Shown here piece by piece: positions 16,136-27,905 of a stretch of DNA of 64,000 bases. How positions within the stretch are numbered: position 1 is the stretch's first letter; every line of letters starts with the position of its first letter. Location: positions 1-64,000 of the forward strand of contig JALDZX010000023.1 of NCBI GenBank assembly GCA_022813865.1. Direction: 5' to 3'. The stretch is from Xylographa opegraphella (lineage: Eukaryota). The translations under genes were made by a program, and so were the position numbers. Below the pieces are notes generated by a model. That model was given only the letters and a program-made list of their open reading frames with translations. It searched no databases and was not told where the DNA came from.

Positions 16136-19100
16136 CTATCTACCTGATCCATTGCTATTGTAGTATGCTTGCCGTGGTGCATAACCCGATTGCCGATCGG
16201 CTGGTGCGTAAAACCCTTGGTTTGGAGGTCCCGGGCCTTGCATATACCTTCGGCTGTCGTTCGGAGGCGTCTGACTGAACTGCTGACTGCCCGAAGAACC
16301 TCTCCAATCTCTAGATGACTGGGGATGCCGTTGCCCATATGAGACGATCCCTGGTGGCGTAAACCCAGGATTTATGTACTCTGCAAAAGGATTCGGCCTT
16401 GGATTACTGTAATCAAAGCTGCCTCTTCCACGCGCGCTGCCATTGTTCCCGCGCAGTGGTGCGCCACCATATGACCGTCCTGAGCGATTCGCCCGACCCT
16501 TGGTAGCTTCAATATCGGCACGATCCAGAGCGGCAGGGGCAAGCTTAACACCACGAAGTAACATTGATTTATGTACGTACTGAGATCGAGGCATTTCGTA
16601 ATAAGCACTATTCGCGAGTCAGTGTATTACCTCAGCGCGCATACTTTCCCAATTTACCTGATAGAGTGGTCCTCTTCCAAAGTAGGCATGGTATCAGTCT
16701 CAAGAGGAAACACCAATGGACTTTGTGGTAGATAGTCCGGATCTTTCTCAACCTCACCAGCCAGACCTTCGCTGACGCGTGGTTGCAACTTATACTTCGA
16801 CGTGCCTTGCCGTTTAGAGTAGAAATTCGAGGCAATGTCAACGTATAATGGATGACGATCGGACACGATGAGAACATCCCTACCTGTAGCATTCCTTGCC
16901 ACTTCATCTGCTGACAAGAGAGGGTATTTCTTATTCATCGCTGCTAAAAGCCTTTTCATGTCAATAAAAGGCAGCAAAACAACTCCTTGCCATGCGAATT
17001 TTTTGCCGTTCAAATCTGTCGGGAATTCCTCAGGATAGAAATCTAATATCTCGCTGTTCTCATCTGACATGAGGCTTCTGAAGACTTCTGGAAGATTTTG
17101 GTTTGAGGCTGCTGGTAATACACCCATCAATTGTTCATATGGCTTGTACGGCACGCCTCTATCAAAGTTCACCTTCATCTTGTCAAGATCGACGAAATCG
17201 GCAGCGAAAGGGGCGTAATGGTAAGGGTAGTACCAAGTCCACGAAGGGCATCCTTGAAAGTAGTATAACAGGACCCAAGCAAGACCTTCTACATAGGCTC
17301 TAGCAACCTCGTTGCGAAATCCTATGTCTTTCGGATCAGCTCCGAATTTTTTCTCGTAATATCTATCTGCGTAACCTTCTTCCCAAAGCCGAACATTGTC
17401 TGGGGGAAGCTCAACGTCCTCTTTTTTAGAAGTTGCATCAATGGGAGTATTACGACCTGGAGTGCAGGTCTCGTCATTCTCGATAAGATCAGCTTTGCGC
17501 TTCCCGAGGGCTGAAGGGGGAGTCTGCTGTGCAGGCACGATTTCTTCATCGTCCTTGACAGTATGAACATTGCTTCCATTGGTATGGTCAATTTTCGCAT
17601 TGTCGGCAGTTTCGGAATGAGCATTTGATAATTGACTTTTCAATGCAGCGGCAGCACTTTTGTTCGCCAGATTCGCCTTGTATATTGCTCCGCGGTTGAC
17701 AGCCATCTCATGCGTCATAGCTTTGACTTCCTTGGGGATGTCACCCTTTCCAGGTGTAAAGATTGGTAGGCCTGGTGGGGGGCCATTACCGTTACTTGGA
17801 GGTAGACCGTAATCCGGGGAGCTACGCCGTCCGCGAGAGCCTTTTTGGTCGTTGTTGCCCGAGTTCTTATTTCCGTCTCGATTCTGCTCTTCGAGCTTTC
17901 GACGCTTTGCATTAGCGTCTCTCTTTTCCTCCGTTTGTCGGCGTCTTTTAAAAATAGCGTCTTCCTGTTTAGCAAGTCCGTCTAAAACAAACTGCGCTCT
18001 TTCTAGATCAACATGACCGTCCTTGGTCAGGTATCCACCCATCAAAGGAAGGTTGTCACGCCATATGGCGATCAGTGTATCAATACCATTTTCTCGAATA
18101 TCGAGGCTGGGCAAATGCGGAAGAAAGTCGTTTCCAACAAAGAAGCACATGAAAATCCAGTCATCCAACGCCCTTTCCAGGTCAAAGCGGAACGGTATTC
18201 CAGGCACATGGAGCTCTGCTTCAAGATATTCACGAAGAGCAGATACATGGAGCCAAATAAATGGCTTTTCTGGTACTGCATTCTCCTTTTCACCGAAATC
18301 ACCGTCTTTTTGCTTAGCTTCGCCTTTGCAAGCATCAGCAATGTGACCTTTCTGTCCACAGATCCGGCAAGTTCTGGCCTTAGACTCCTGGTAGAAGACA
18401 TCCTCACGAAGAACTCGAAAATGAGGCTCATGGGTTCCAAGACCCAGCATAATTAGGTCCGCATCCTGTTGATTATGTTAGTAGAATCCAGGTGTCGAGT
18501 ACTTAGATATCATACAAGACCATAGATGACATGCCGGGTATTGGGATCATGCTCAGGCGAAGATCTTTGAGACCGTATGAACTCCATAATCTTATGCTCA
18601 CCTTCGCCAGGTACGCTCGCGTCTGACAATATTATTTTAACCTACTAAAGTCAGAGAAGGATTCCAGCAAAACTTTCTACTCGCAATACCTTTTCCCATG
18701 CAGGGTCCGTATTGAGTTTATGAGCACACCAATACCTCAAACAAACGGCCAAGGTATGCATGAAAGGAGTACCAGGCGTAATTGAGTTGGTATCCCAAGT
18801 CTTTTTCTGCATCAAATCTTCTGTACCTTCCTTTAGCACACCGCCGTTTTGAGTTTTGAGCATCTTGAGGAGCTCCTGCTTGTCGTCGTCTTTTTCCTTG
18901 GCTTCTTGAGCTGCACGAAACCGTCGGGCTCGTTGTTGATTCTGTTTTGCTCTGGGAGCTACACCATCTGCGGTCTAAGTGTTAGCCAATGTACGCCTTA
19001 ATGTATGATAACTTCAAAGATCGCTATCCCCTTTGACCTTGGTACGTGCTTCGTTGACCAAGCCACAGGCTACCAAGGAACAGAATCCCAACAAGTCCCA

Positions 19101-19480
19101 ACCTGTATACTACGTGACATACCAACAGCGATCATCAACAGCTTTCTAGGTCGGACCATGTTGACCACTCGATCCGTATATGTGAATATTGCCAACATCA
19201 TCTCCTCCTCGGTCGCAGGGGCCGGTCGGTCTTCAGGATGAGAACATGGATGTACAATTCCATTCATATCCAAATATAGATTATCAAACTCCTCTCCATT
19301 GGGATTTGGTCGTGTGGTGTCTACTGGCACCTCGTGGTCGTCGACGATTTGTGACTTCTCTTCGACAACGGGTGAGATAATCTTTGGGTATTTCTGAGAG
19401 AGCCATCTATACATGCGCATCAGTCCATATTGCTCGTAGTTTCTTGAGGTTCATCACCTGAACAGAGCCGGGACACCCAT
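16136..19480 (-). CDS. RAT1: Nuclear 5'-3' exoribonuclease 2 (exons 19480-19458, 19406-19123, 18967-18690, 18641-18516, 18465-16658, 16607-16136)
   Basis: [76 protein letters not shown] knuckle [28 protein letters not shown]. Length and knuckle indicate XRN2/Rat1 rather than XRN1. Confidence 0.97.
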
Positions 19481-19959
19481 AATAGTGACGAATGCAATCA
19501 GGTAAAGGTTACCAGAACCGTGATTATTAATTTGATCTACGAGACTTGTCCTATAATGTCGCGATCATATTCAAAAGATGCCAACCACGCACGTAGACAA
19601 TAGGCAGGGTTCTACACAAAGAGAGTAAGGTTTTCACTCCGACAGCAGAATATTTGAATTCGGCCAAGAACAAGTAAGGAGTCTTGAAACGAAAGGTAGG
19701 TATGTGTTAACTAATTGCTCTACTCCGTGTGGCGTAAGGCTTGGAGGCTATTTAAATGACGCTAGAGTGATCCTCGCGTCCCGCTCGACGTGGAGCAGAA
19801 GATCTACTTTGCATGGAGTAGTCTAGAGTAAGCTGTATCTAGCATATTCGCTGAAAAGCTTTCAGCTTGAAGGCTCCTCGAGTACTTCGTATAATAAACA
19901 GTGAAGGTTCGCATACGTCATGAGTATTCGAAGGCTGTATCTGGGAAGATATTTTGAAG

Positions 19960-22900
19960 ATGTTCCGAATCCTTGAAGCGCAGGCTCCAACCAAACAGAA
20001 TGCTACCGATACTATCAATACTTTAAGTGGCCGGCTGCAAAGTGCGACACTTGTGGAAGACCGCCGAGCAGCTATCTTAGGCCTGCGAAGCTTTGCGAAG
20101 GTTTATCCTGCATCAGTAGCTTCAGGAGGGCTTAGAAGTCTCATCAATAGTCTGAATCATGATGGGGACGACGTGGATACAACGAAAGTAGTGCTAGAAA
20201 CTCTACTTATGCTCTTCAATCCTGACGAGTCAAGCGTAAGTCTCCATGTATTATAATCATACGAGAGTTACTCATCACTAGTAGCCCGAAGCCTCCGATG
20301 ATATTGCTCTATGGCTTGCCGACGAATTCACACAAGTACGCCCTATGACCTCGTCAATCGACGATCTTATCTGCTGACCTGGAACAATAGCGACAGGAAA
20401 ACATTACTATCCTACTTGATCTCCTTGATCGACACGAGTTCTTTTCCAGGCTGTACGCTTTGCAATTGATATCCGCCATTTCTTCTGCACGACCAGAAAG
20501 AACACAAGAATGTGTATATACTGCACCATTAGGCGTTTCGCGGTTGGTAGCCATCCTGGATGACAAGCGAGAAGCTGTACGAGCCGGTATGGTATGCCTA
20601 GGCTTTCTTGGCTGTTCGGGCTAGCACTAACAGTCGTCTACTATCATGCAGAGGGACTATTACTTCTCACCGCAATTACTGCCTCCTCTTCAGACCTACA
20701 AAAGCTAGTCGCGTTTGAGAATGCCTTCGATCGTATCTTTGCCATCATTGATGCAGAAGGCTCCTTAATCCATGGTAGTGTCGTGGTGCAAGACTGTTTA
20801 TCGTTGCTTGCCAACCTGCTGCGCCTAAATGCGTCCAATCAGTCTTTCTTTCGGGAAACGGGAGGGCCCTTGAGAGTGGCGGCCCTCCTTGATCAAGTTC
20901 GGCGTGAAGAGGATGCGCCCGGCGGTGTGGCTGATTGGGCTGCTTCCCAGCGTGACAAGAATCTATGGGGCTTATTATGCGTGGTCCGTCTTTTCTTGTC
21001 AACTGGCAGTGCAGGTACGCAAGTCAACCAGATTGCGTTTTGGCAGAACGATGTGACTCCACTGATTCTTGAGATTGCTTTTCAACCCACAATGGATCAG
21101 AGTGTTCGGGCGGAGGTATATTTGAACCTACTAACCATGATATCTTACTGTGCTAATTCTCCGTCTCAGGCACTCGCAACTTGTGCCGACCTCATTAGGG
21201 GAAATAGCAGCTTGCAAGAGAGATTTGCGCAAAGTGATGTAGTCTCCCCATCAGATGATCCTTCCAAGCTTTCGCCTCCCAAAATTAATGGCGACGCCCA
21301 GGATTTCCACAAAGCTAGAGTGACAGTGAGAGCGAGAACGAATGTCATCCAAGGACTACTTGATCTCGCCTTAGCTGTGTCGGGTTTGAGCTCCTTTGAC
21401 TTGCGGTTGGCCGCCTGCGAGTGCATTAAGGCCTACCTCTATGGCCACGGTCCCATACGGCTACATTTTCTAGCTCGAGCCCGAGATGGCCATATATCGG
21501 ACGAATATGAAGCTGATAACGTGATCACCATACTTCTCGAAGGTAACGATGGGCGCGCTGGAGATCCTTATCGCCACTGGGTAGCTGCAGTCATCCTGTT
21601 TCACCTCCTTCACGAGGATTTCGATGCGAAGCAGCTTGCCATGGAAATTACGGTTGGCGATGCATCGAAGGGCGAGGAAGTAATCACGTGTATCCAGAGT
21701 CTGACGGAAAACCTTGTCATCGGTGCTCAAAGAGGACGTGATGACAGAGTCAGTATAGCATACCTAATGGCTCTCTGCGGTTGGCTATACGAGGATCCTG
21801 ATGCTGTCAACGACTTCCTTGGGGCAGGCAGTAATGTACAAAGTCTCATACACATGGTTCTGCAGCCCCACCCACAGAAAGTGTTGGTTGCGGGGCTTTG
21901 CGCCTTTCTGCTAGGTATCATCTACGAGTTCTCGACGAAGGATTCACCAGTCCCGCGTGCTACCTTACATGAAATCCTTACAACTCGTTTGGGTCGGGAG
22001 CACTACAATGATAAGATGACCAAACTTCGCGAAAGCCCCCTCGTCCGGGATTATGAAGTCTCGGCACAAACCTCTCCTTATGAGATAAGCGGAGGCCTCC
22101 CAGAGGTCTATTTCGATAAAACATTCGTCGACTTCCTGAAAGACAACTACAGTCGAGTTCTTCGAGCGATGGATCGAGACCCGGGAATCGAAGTGTCTGT
22201 TGTTGCCAATGGTATTCAAAGAGGTATCTCACGCGAGCTAGTGGACTCATTGAGATCTCAGCTCGAGGCCCAAAGCAAAACGCTCCACACAGCAGAAGCA
22301 GCTGTGCTCACAGTCGAGCGGAAATTGAGCCAAGAGCAAGCCGATCACCGCAAGTTACAGGAAGGTGCTATGATTGAGCTCCATCGAATCAAAAGTATCA
22401 ACGAAAGCTTGCAGAGACACCACGAAGAGGACGTGCGTCAGATGGATCTTACCAACCAGCGGATTTTGCGAGAGGCGCGGGAAACGCACGAGAAGCTTGT
22501 CTTGTCCCTGCGCGTCGAAGCTCATAAGTTCAAGCGAGAAAGCGAGGACGCCGCAGTTAAGGTTCGTACCAGGCACGAAGCCGAGACGAACGACTTGAAC
22601 ACCGCCATACATAAACTAGAAATGATGATAGAGAAGCTAAACAAAGATCATGCGCAAGATCTTCGCACTGCATATGAAGAGTACTCCACTAATGTGACAG
22701 CGATCGAAGCCCGGCTTCAGCGGGCCGAAGAGCGGGCTGCAGAGGCAGAAGAACGAGCCGCCAAGGCGCAAAAAGCAGTGGAGGCAGGTAATGTCAGCAA
22801 GTCAGCCACACAGGCGGAACTAGATGACCTGTTGATGGTTCTGGGTGACTTGGAAGAAAAGCGTGCGAAGGACAAGGTAAGCTACCCGGTGCAGGTATGA

Positions 22901-22998
22901 ATCTCGGCTTACAGACGCAGAAACGCCTTCGGACGCTTGGGGAGCCAGTATCAGATGGAGAAGCAGAAGAAGGAGAGGACGAGGTGGATGCCGCATAG
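19960..22998 (+). CDS. USO1: Uso1/p115 ER-Golgi tether (introns 20236-20284, 20336-20390, 20587-20651, 21116-21169, 22877-22920)
   Basis: Armadillo head (TLSGRLQSATLVEDRRAAILGL, QKLVAFENAF, QDCLSLLANLLRLNASNQSFFRE), coiled coil, ELDDLLMVLGDL and an acidic tail GEPVSDGEAEEGEDE. Confidence 0.95.
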
Positions 22999-25062
22999 AT
23001 TGCACTGATCAAGGGGTCTACCTGCCTCGATTGCTTCCGTGAAGCTGTCCACGGCCTGGCCATGGCCCGCCACTGCACCGTTGACGACCTCGAGATATCA
23101 TCCGGTCTTTGCAGGCATCCGGCCCATACACCCGAACCCTTTCGTAGCGACCACTGCTTGCGAGGCCAAATCCGCACTGAGCGTGTGCCAGGATTCCGCC
23201 CGATTGTCTGATGCGCATGCAGTGATTGGAATTCTTCGTGCCATGAGATTAGATTCCGAAGCCCAGCATGATCGATGGGGTAGTTGAAGTAGGTGCGGTC
23301 TCGACGCTCCCGTCGGCCAAGGTGAAGCTCCCGTTGCAGAACGGTTTGGTCACTTCCGCCCCGTATGCCTATACCATGGAGGAGGGGAGGAGGGGGGCGA
23401 ATGAACTGGTAAGGCGATGCGAAAAAGGCAGATCGACTCGAAGGGCGGGCGAGGCCGCATTGTAGGGATAAGATCTGCCAGCACCAGGCGCAGAAAAGGC
23501 GAGATTACCACAACAGGCCACGTAGGCTACTGTGTAGAAGTTGCGAAAGTCGCCCACCTCCGAAAGCAGCGATACATGACGTTGTGGACGAGCGCTGTAA
23601 GCGAGCGCCGTAAACGAGCGCCGATCCATGCAAGAGAAGAGAGATGGCGAGCATGGGGAATTGAAAGGCTGCGTAATAGTAAGGTACCGTAAGGTAAGGT
23701 CTACGGTACGGTACAAAGGTGGTGAGGTCAGGTAGGATGCAGATCTCGTGCCCATCGAACCCCCCCTCGGTTCGCAGGACCCTGCAGCCACGAGGTTCAA
23801 CGTCTGCCTGGATGGCGTGCCCACTGCCGATCTCTGCTTGCGATGGCGCGGGCCGGATTCGTGGTACGATCTCCATTGGGGTCGGGTCGAGCTTCCATCG
23901 ATGAAGTCTCTCAGGTTGGGCAACCTACCTTACTTTACTTAAGGTAGGTGGTATCAGCGTACCTAGGTAAGGCAAGGTAAGGTAGCTCGGTAGGTACCGT
24001 ACAAAGTAAAGGTACCTCAAAACGTCCAGGAGGGCAGTCGACGGCCATCGGCCGTTCCGAAACTGAAAGCCGATGTGCCGATGTCAATGGGATGCATACC
24101 TTAGCAAAGCCTCCCACTCCCGGTGCTGGTGCCTCCGTGTTGCACCAACTTGGGCATTGTGACATCGTATCCCATTGATGTCAGGTCGTCAAGGGACTCG
24201 CTCACGTGATTTTCTACGGTACCTACGGTACCTGACTCTGATGCATCCATCGCTCGGCGTCAGGCAGTTGGGCATTGATTCCTCACGGCTCTGAGATCGT
24301 GCGCACTACAAAGGCACACGGAAGCAGCGTGGCCGTTCGTGGCTTGATGCGCCCAGTGGCTGAGATGACGAGAAAGGTCATGTACCTTGGGTAAGGTACG
24401 GTAGGTAGATACTGTGGATGTACTTCGTACCATGAAGACTGACTCCGTCCGCCGGTTCAGTGAATGAGCGTGCATTGAACAAGGTGTGATGAGGGGGCTT
24501 CACAACGACAGATGTTGACGAACGATGACGCTGTGCCGAGGTGCTGGTCCGAGTCGGGCTTAGCATTCCTGTGATCTCTCCACGGGCTTTTCACACGGCG
24601 CCCGCCGCGGACCTCGGGCCTGTTTCAGTGTAGTGAACTGATCTACTCTGGAGGCATATACCGCAGAACAGGTGGCTGCTGCAGGTGCGTGCGACACGGC
24701 AGCTGTACAATAGAAAAACAGCATCAGGGGTCGCATGATGGTGTGACTTCCCAAGCAGAAGTAGCAGCGGCGGCGGCGGCGGCATTGAACGTTCCCACAA
24801 CGATTTTGAGCTATCCTCCACAGCTTGAGGGCAAGGGGGACTCGTCACATCGACGTTTGAGGCTCGAACTCGCTTCCCTCCAAGGTCACCTGACTCTGGT
24901 AGTAAACTGTAGCTTTGGTACTGTGGTAAGTTCGCTGCCTCGCTTCACTATTGCCAGCCACTTTTGCAGCCAAGTTGATCCCCGGGCGGAGCCTGTAAGC
25001 GAAGTGCCAGGGTTGGCCGGAAGTTGGAAGGCGGGTTGAGAAGCACCCGGTATCTGAGGTCT

Positions 25063-25090
25063 GGGGTCCGGGGTCCGGGGTCCAGGGTCC
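25063..25090. repeat. Heptamer tandem repeat (GGGGTCC) x4, last copy imperfect
   Basis: ggggtcc ggggtcc ggggtcc agggtcc. Confidence 0.8.
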
Positions 25091-26360
25091 GGTGTACTGA
25101 AAATGACGGTGTATGGTGTAAAGATACCGAGGTAGCTAGGTATCTCTAGCAGTACTCCGTACTCCGTACTGCGTAGGCCACTATTACCAGGATACCATGG
25201 CCAGCAAATACGGTGTACGGTGTACACTCCGTACAGGATCCGCCCACTAAGGTACGGTGTACCTCCGTAGAAAAGAATGATAGGCGATCGTCGTCTATAC
25301 TTGCTCCCGTCGCGTCTGATACAATGAATGCTACCGGTTAGTCCTCGTGCTGGTTTGCGTCCGTCGAGCGGCTTGGTGGCCGATCTTCCTGCTCTGAGAA
25401 AGTCCAGGCGATGCCCAAGGAAGCAAAAATGATATGAGATTTTCCTTTGATCAATCAACATTCAGGCACGCTTCCCTTCCCAGCTTCCTCCTGCTCGAGT
25501 GTCACGCATCGCGACTTTGAAAGCCACCCAGATCTGGAGGCGGCCGTCCTTGTGAACCGTACTCCGTCCCGCGCATCGAAACCGGCTTCCTCAACGTTCT
25601 TGCAGCTTCAACGACGCCCTTCCCTGCAGCAGCTGGCAAGTTGGCATCCCACATTCTCCGAAATTGTCGCATACTACGAAGTACAGTACCTGGTCGGCTC
25701 CTCTCCCATCCATTGGCTCTCGACATTCGTCTCCAGCTCTGCTGCCCACCTTCCCCTTCCCTCCATTCGTGCAGCCCCAAACGCACACTGCCTTCACCCA
25801 CACAGGCGTCCGGGTGGCCCCTCCCCTGGCAAACCGACCGACGAAGCTCGTCGCACCTTCTCATCGCTATTCGTCACTGCTTCCCATTTGAATTCTTGGT
25901 GCTGCCCAGTGTTGCGCCTCGTCGCGCCCCGGCTTCCGACGCAGTCCCCGATTCGACATTCCCCAAACGGACGCACGCCAAAGCCACGCGATACAGATTT
26001 AGAGATCGCCCTCTCGCACGCTCCGCCCCATCCCTTATCCTGACGCTCTTCCCACGGTTGACTTTCCCGTTCAGGTCGGCGGGAGACCTGCAACATCCTT
26101 ATTTCGGACTTGCTCCCACCAACAACCAATCCCTCCTCCCCCCCCCAAGCCAGTCCAATCCCTCAAAAGCTGGGCCTGGTGTCATCGTGGACAATACATA
26201 TCTGCTCTGACCGCCGCCTTCCCACCACCCTTCCCACGAGGTCGTACAACCTTGATTTGCCCGTTCACCGTCGCACCCGATACCTCCTCGACCAGCTTCA
26301 CCATCGTCCCGTCGCATTTCTTCATGCCACAGTGAATCCGCAAGCTATTTCGCTGCGCTC

Positions 26361-26905
26361 ATGTTACTTACACTCAAGCCGCCTTTGCAGAACGGGTATC
26401 CAAGTCCTCATGCGTACTCGCCGCCACAACCATCATCCTTATCCAACTTCGCTCCCGCCAGCTCTGGGGGCTCGCTCCCTCCTCTCCCCGACACCCGTTC
26501 ACGCAGGATGAGCACTCCGCATCGCGGGCTGCCGCCGCCCATGGCGATGACGCTCCCAAATCCCGATCGAGGACCCCCTCCGATATCACAAACGATGGGT
26601 CAGCTTCCGGCGCCCCCCAGTCAATGGCAAGGAGCGGATGAGTCCATGCGGAATTGGCTCCAGGCGAAGGCCGAGGAGGACCGGCGGAAACAAGAGGAAG
26701 AACGAACTCGGCAAGAAGGCTTACGCTTGGAACAGCGGAAGATCGAACAGACCATGCTACGAGAATCGTTACAGGGTGGCGTCCCTCCACACCTTGTTCC
26801 GATGGTCTTCGCCGGTATGGGGGGTGGAAACCTGGCAAACGCAAGTCTTGAGTGGGCGCAACACTATATGGCACAGATCAGCTTGCAGCAACACCAAGTG
26901 CAACT

Positions 26906-26936
<31 letters not shown>

Positions 26937-26944
26937 CAACAACA

Positions 26945-26975
<31 letters not shown>

Positions 26976-27905
26976 AAACAACAGCAACAACAAATTCAAG
27001 CACTTCCTCAGCCGCAAGCTTCACCAGACTTGCGACGAGATAGCAGAATGCCAGGCCCGCAACCAAATCCATATGCCTCCCATCAAATACCCACCGTCTC
27101 TCAATCTTCTTTGCAAACGGCTCAGCATTCCCAAGTTCCGGGCGCGTCGAGTGCATCATTCCCGTCGCCGTACCAAGTGTCTTCGGGCGCGGCTCCTGAG
27201 CGCACGAGAACGCATCCACAGGCTCTTCAGGCGGCTCCATCAACATCTGCAACCCGATTGACTCAACCGTCTACATTATCTCGATTGAATACTAGCGACA
27301 TGCAGATTCAGCCTCCGCCTCAGGGCGCACAAGGCGGCCTCCAGTTATCCGGCACACACCCCCTGCAACAAGCTCAGAGCGTTCAGCAGCAAGAACAGCA
27401 AGCTACATCTCCATCGATTTACTTTCATCATTGGGTCCCACCAGCATCCTCGAAGGATCCTCAAACCCCTGGCGGGAAGAGTCTCCATGAATCACCATAC
27501 TCGCAAAACGCGACGTCACATCTACGGTCCGAATACACGAACTCGCCCAAAAAACGAAAGACCACCGCATCTCATCACGGCGGGCCTGCCGTGTCCTCCA
27601 AAACACCCGAAACTTCGCCCAATTTTACGCAACCCGCTTCGGCTGGGCGGAGGGCGAGAGCGCTCTCGGGCCAGCGAAGCGATGCGTCTTCACGCGGTGC
27701 GCTGGAGCCACTTGGCCTCTCCGGCAATCGCCCCGAAAGTCGTCACCGGCAGCACAGCACATCAGAGGCCGAAAGTGGGACACAAAGTCAGCGGCAAGCC
27801 TCCATTCAATCTGAAACGCAATCTCGCAATTCGGCTGGACCGGAAAAGAGGCGTCCAGGTAGTGGAACGCCAAAACGAGAGCATGGCAGCTCCGCGCCCT
27901 CATAA
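26361..27905 (+). CDS. Gln/Pro/Ser-rich protein with a short helical core; putative regulator of unknown function
   Basis: 514-aa ATG-initiated ORF. It has a helical block WQGADESMRNWLQAKAEEDRRKQEEERTRQEGLRLEQRKIEQTML...GVPPHLVPMVFAG, an SIYFHHWVPP motif, an NLS-like SPKKRK and a polyQ tract. I recall similar blocks in Pezizomycotina hypothetical proteins but have not verified this. Confidence 0.85.
26907..26993 (+). repeat. Coding CAG/CAA microsatellite (Q9-H-Q13-K-Q5)
   Basis: (CAG)9 CAT (CAA)2 (CAG)8 (CAA)3 AAA CAA CAG (CAA)3. Confidence 0.95.
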
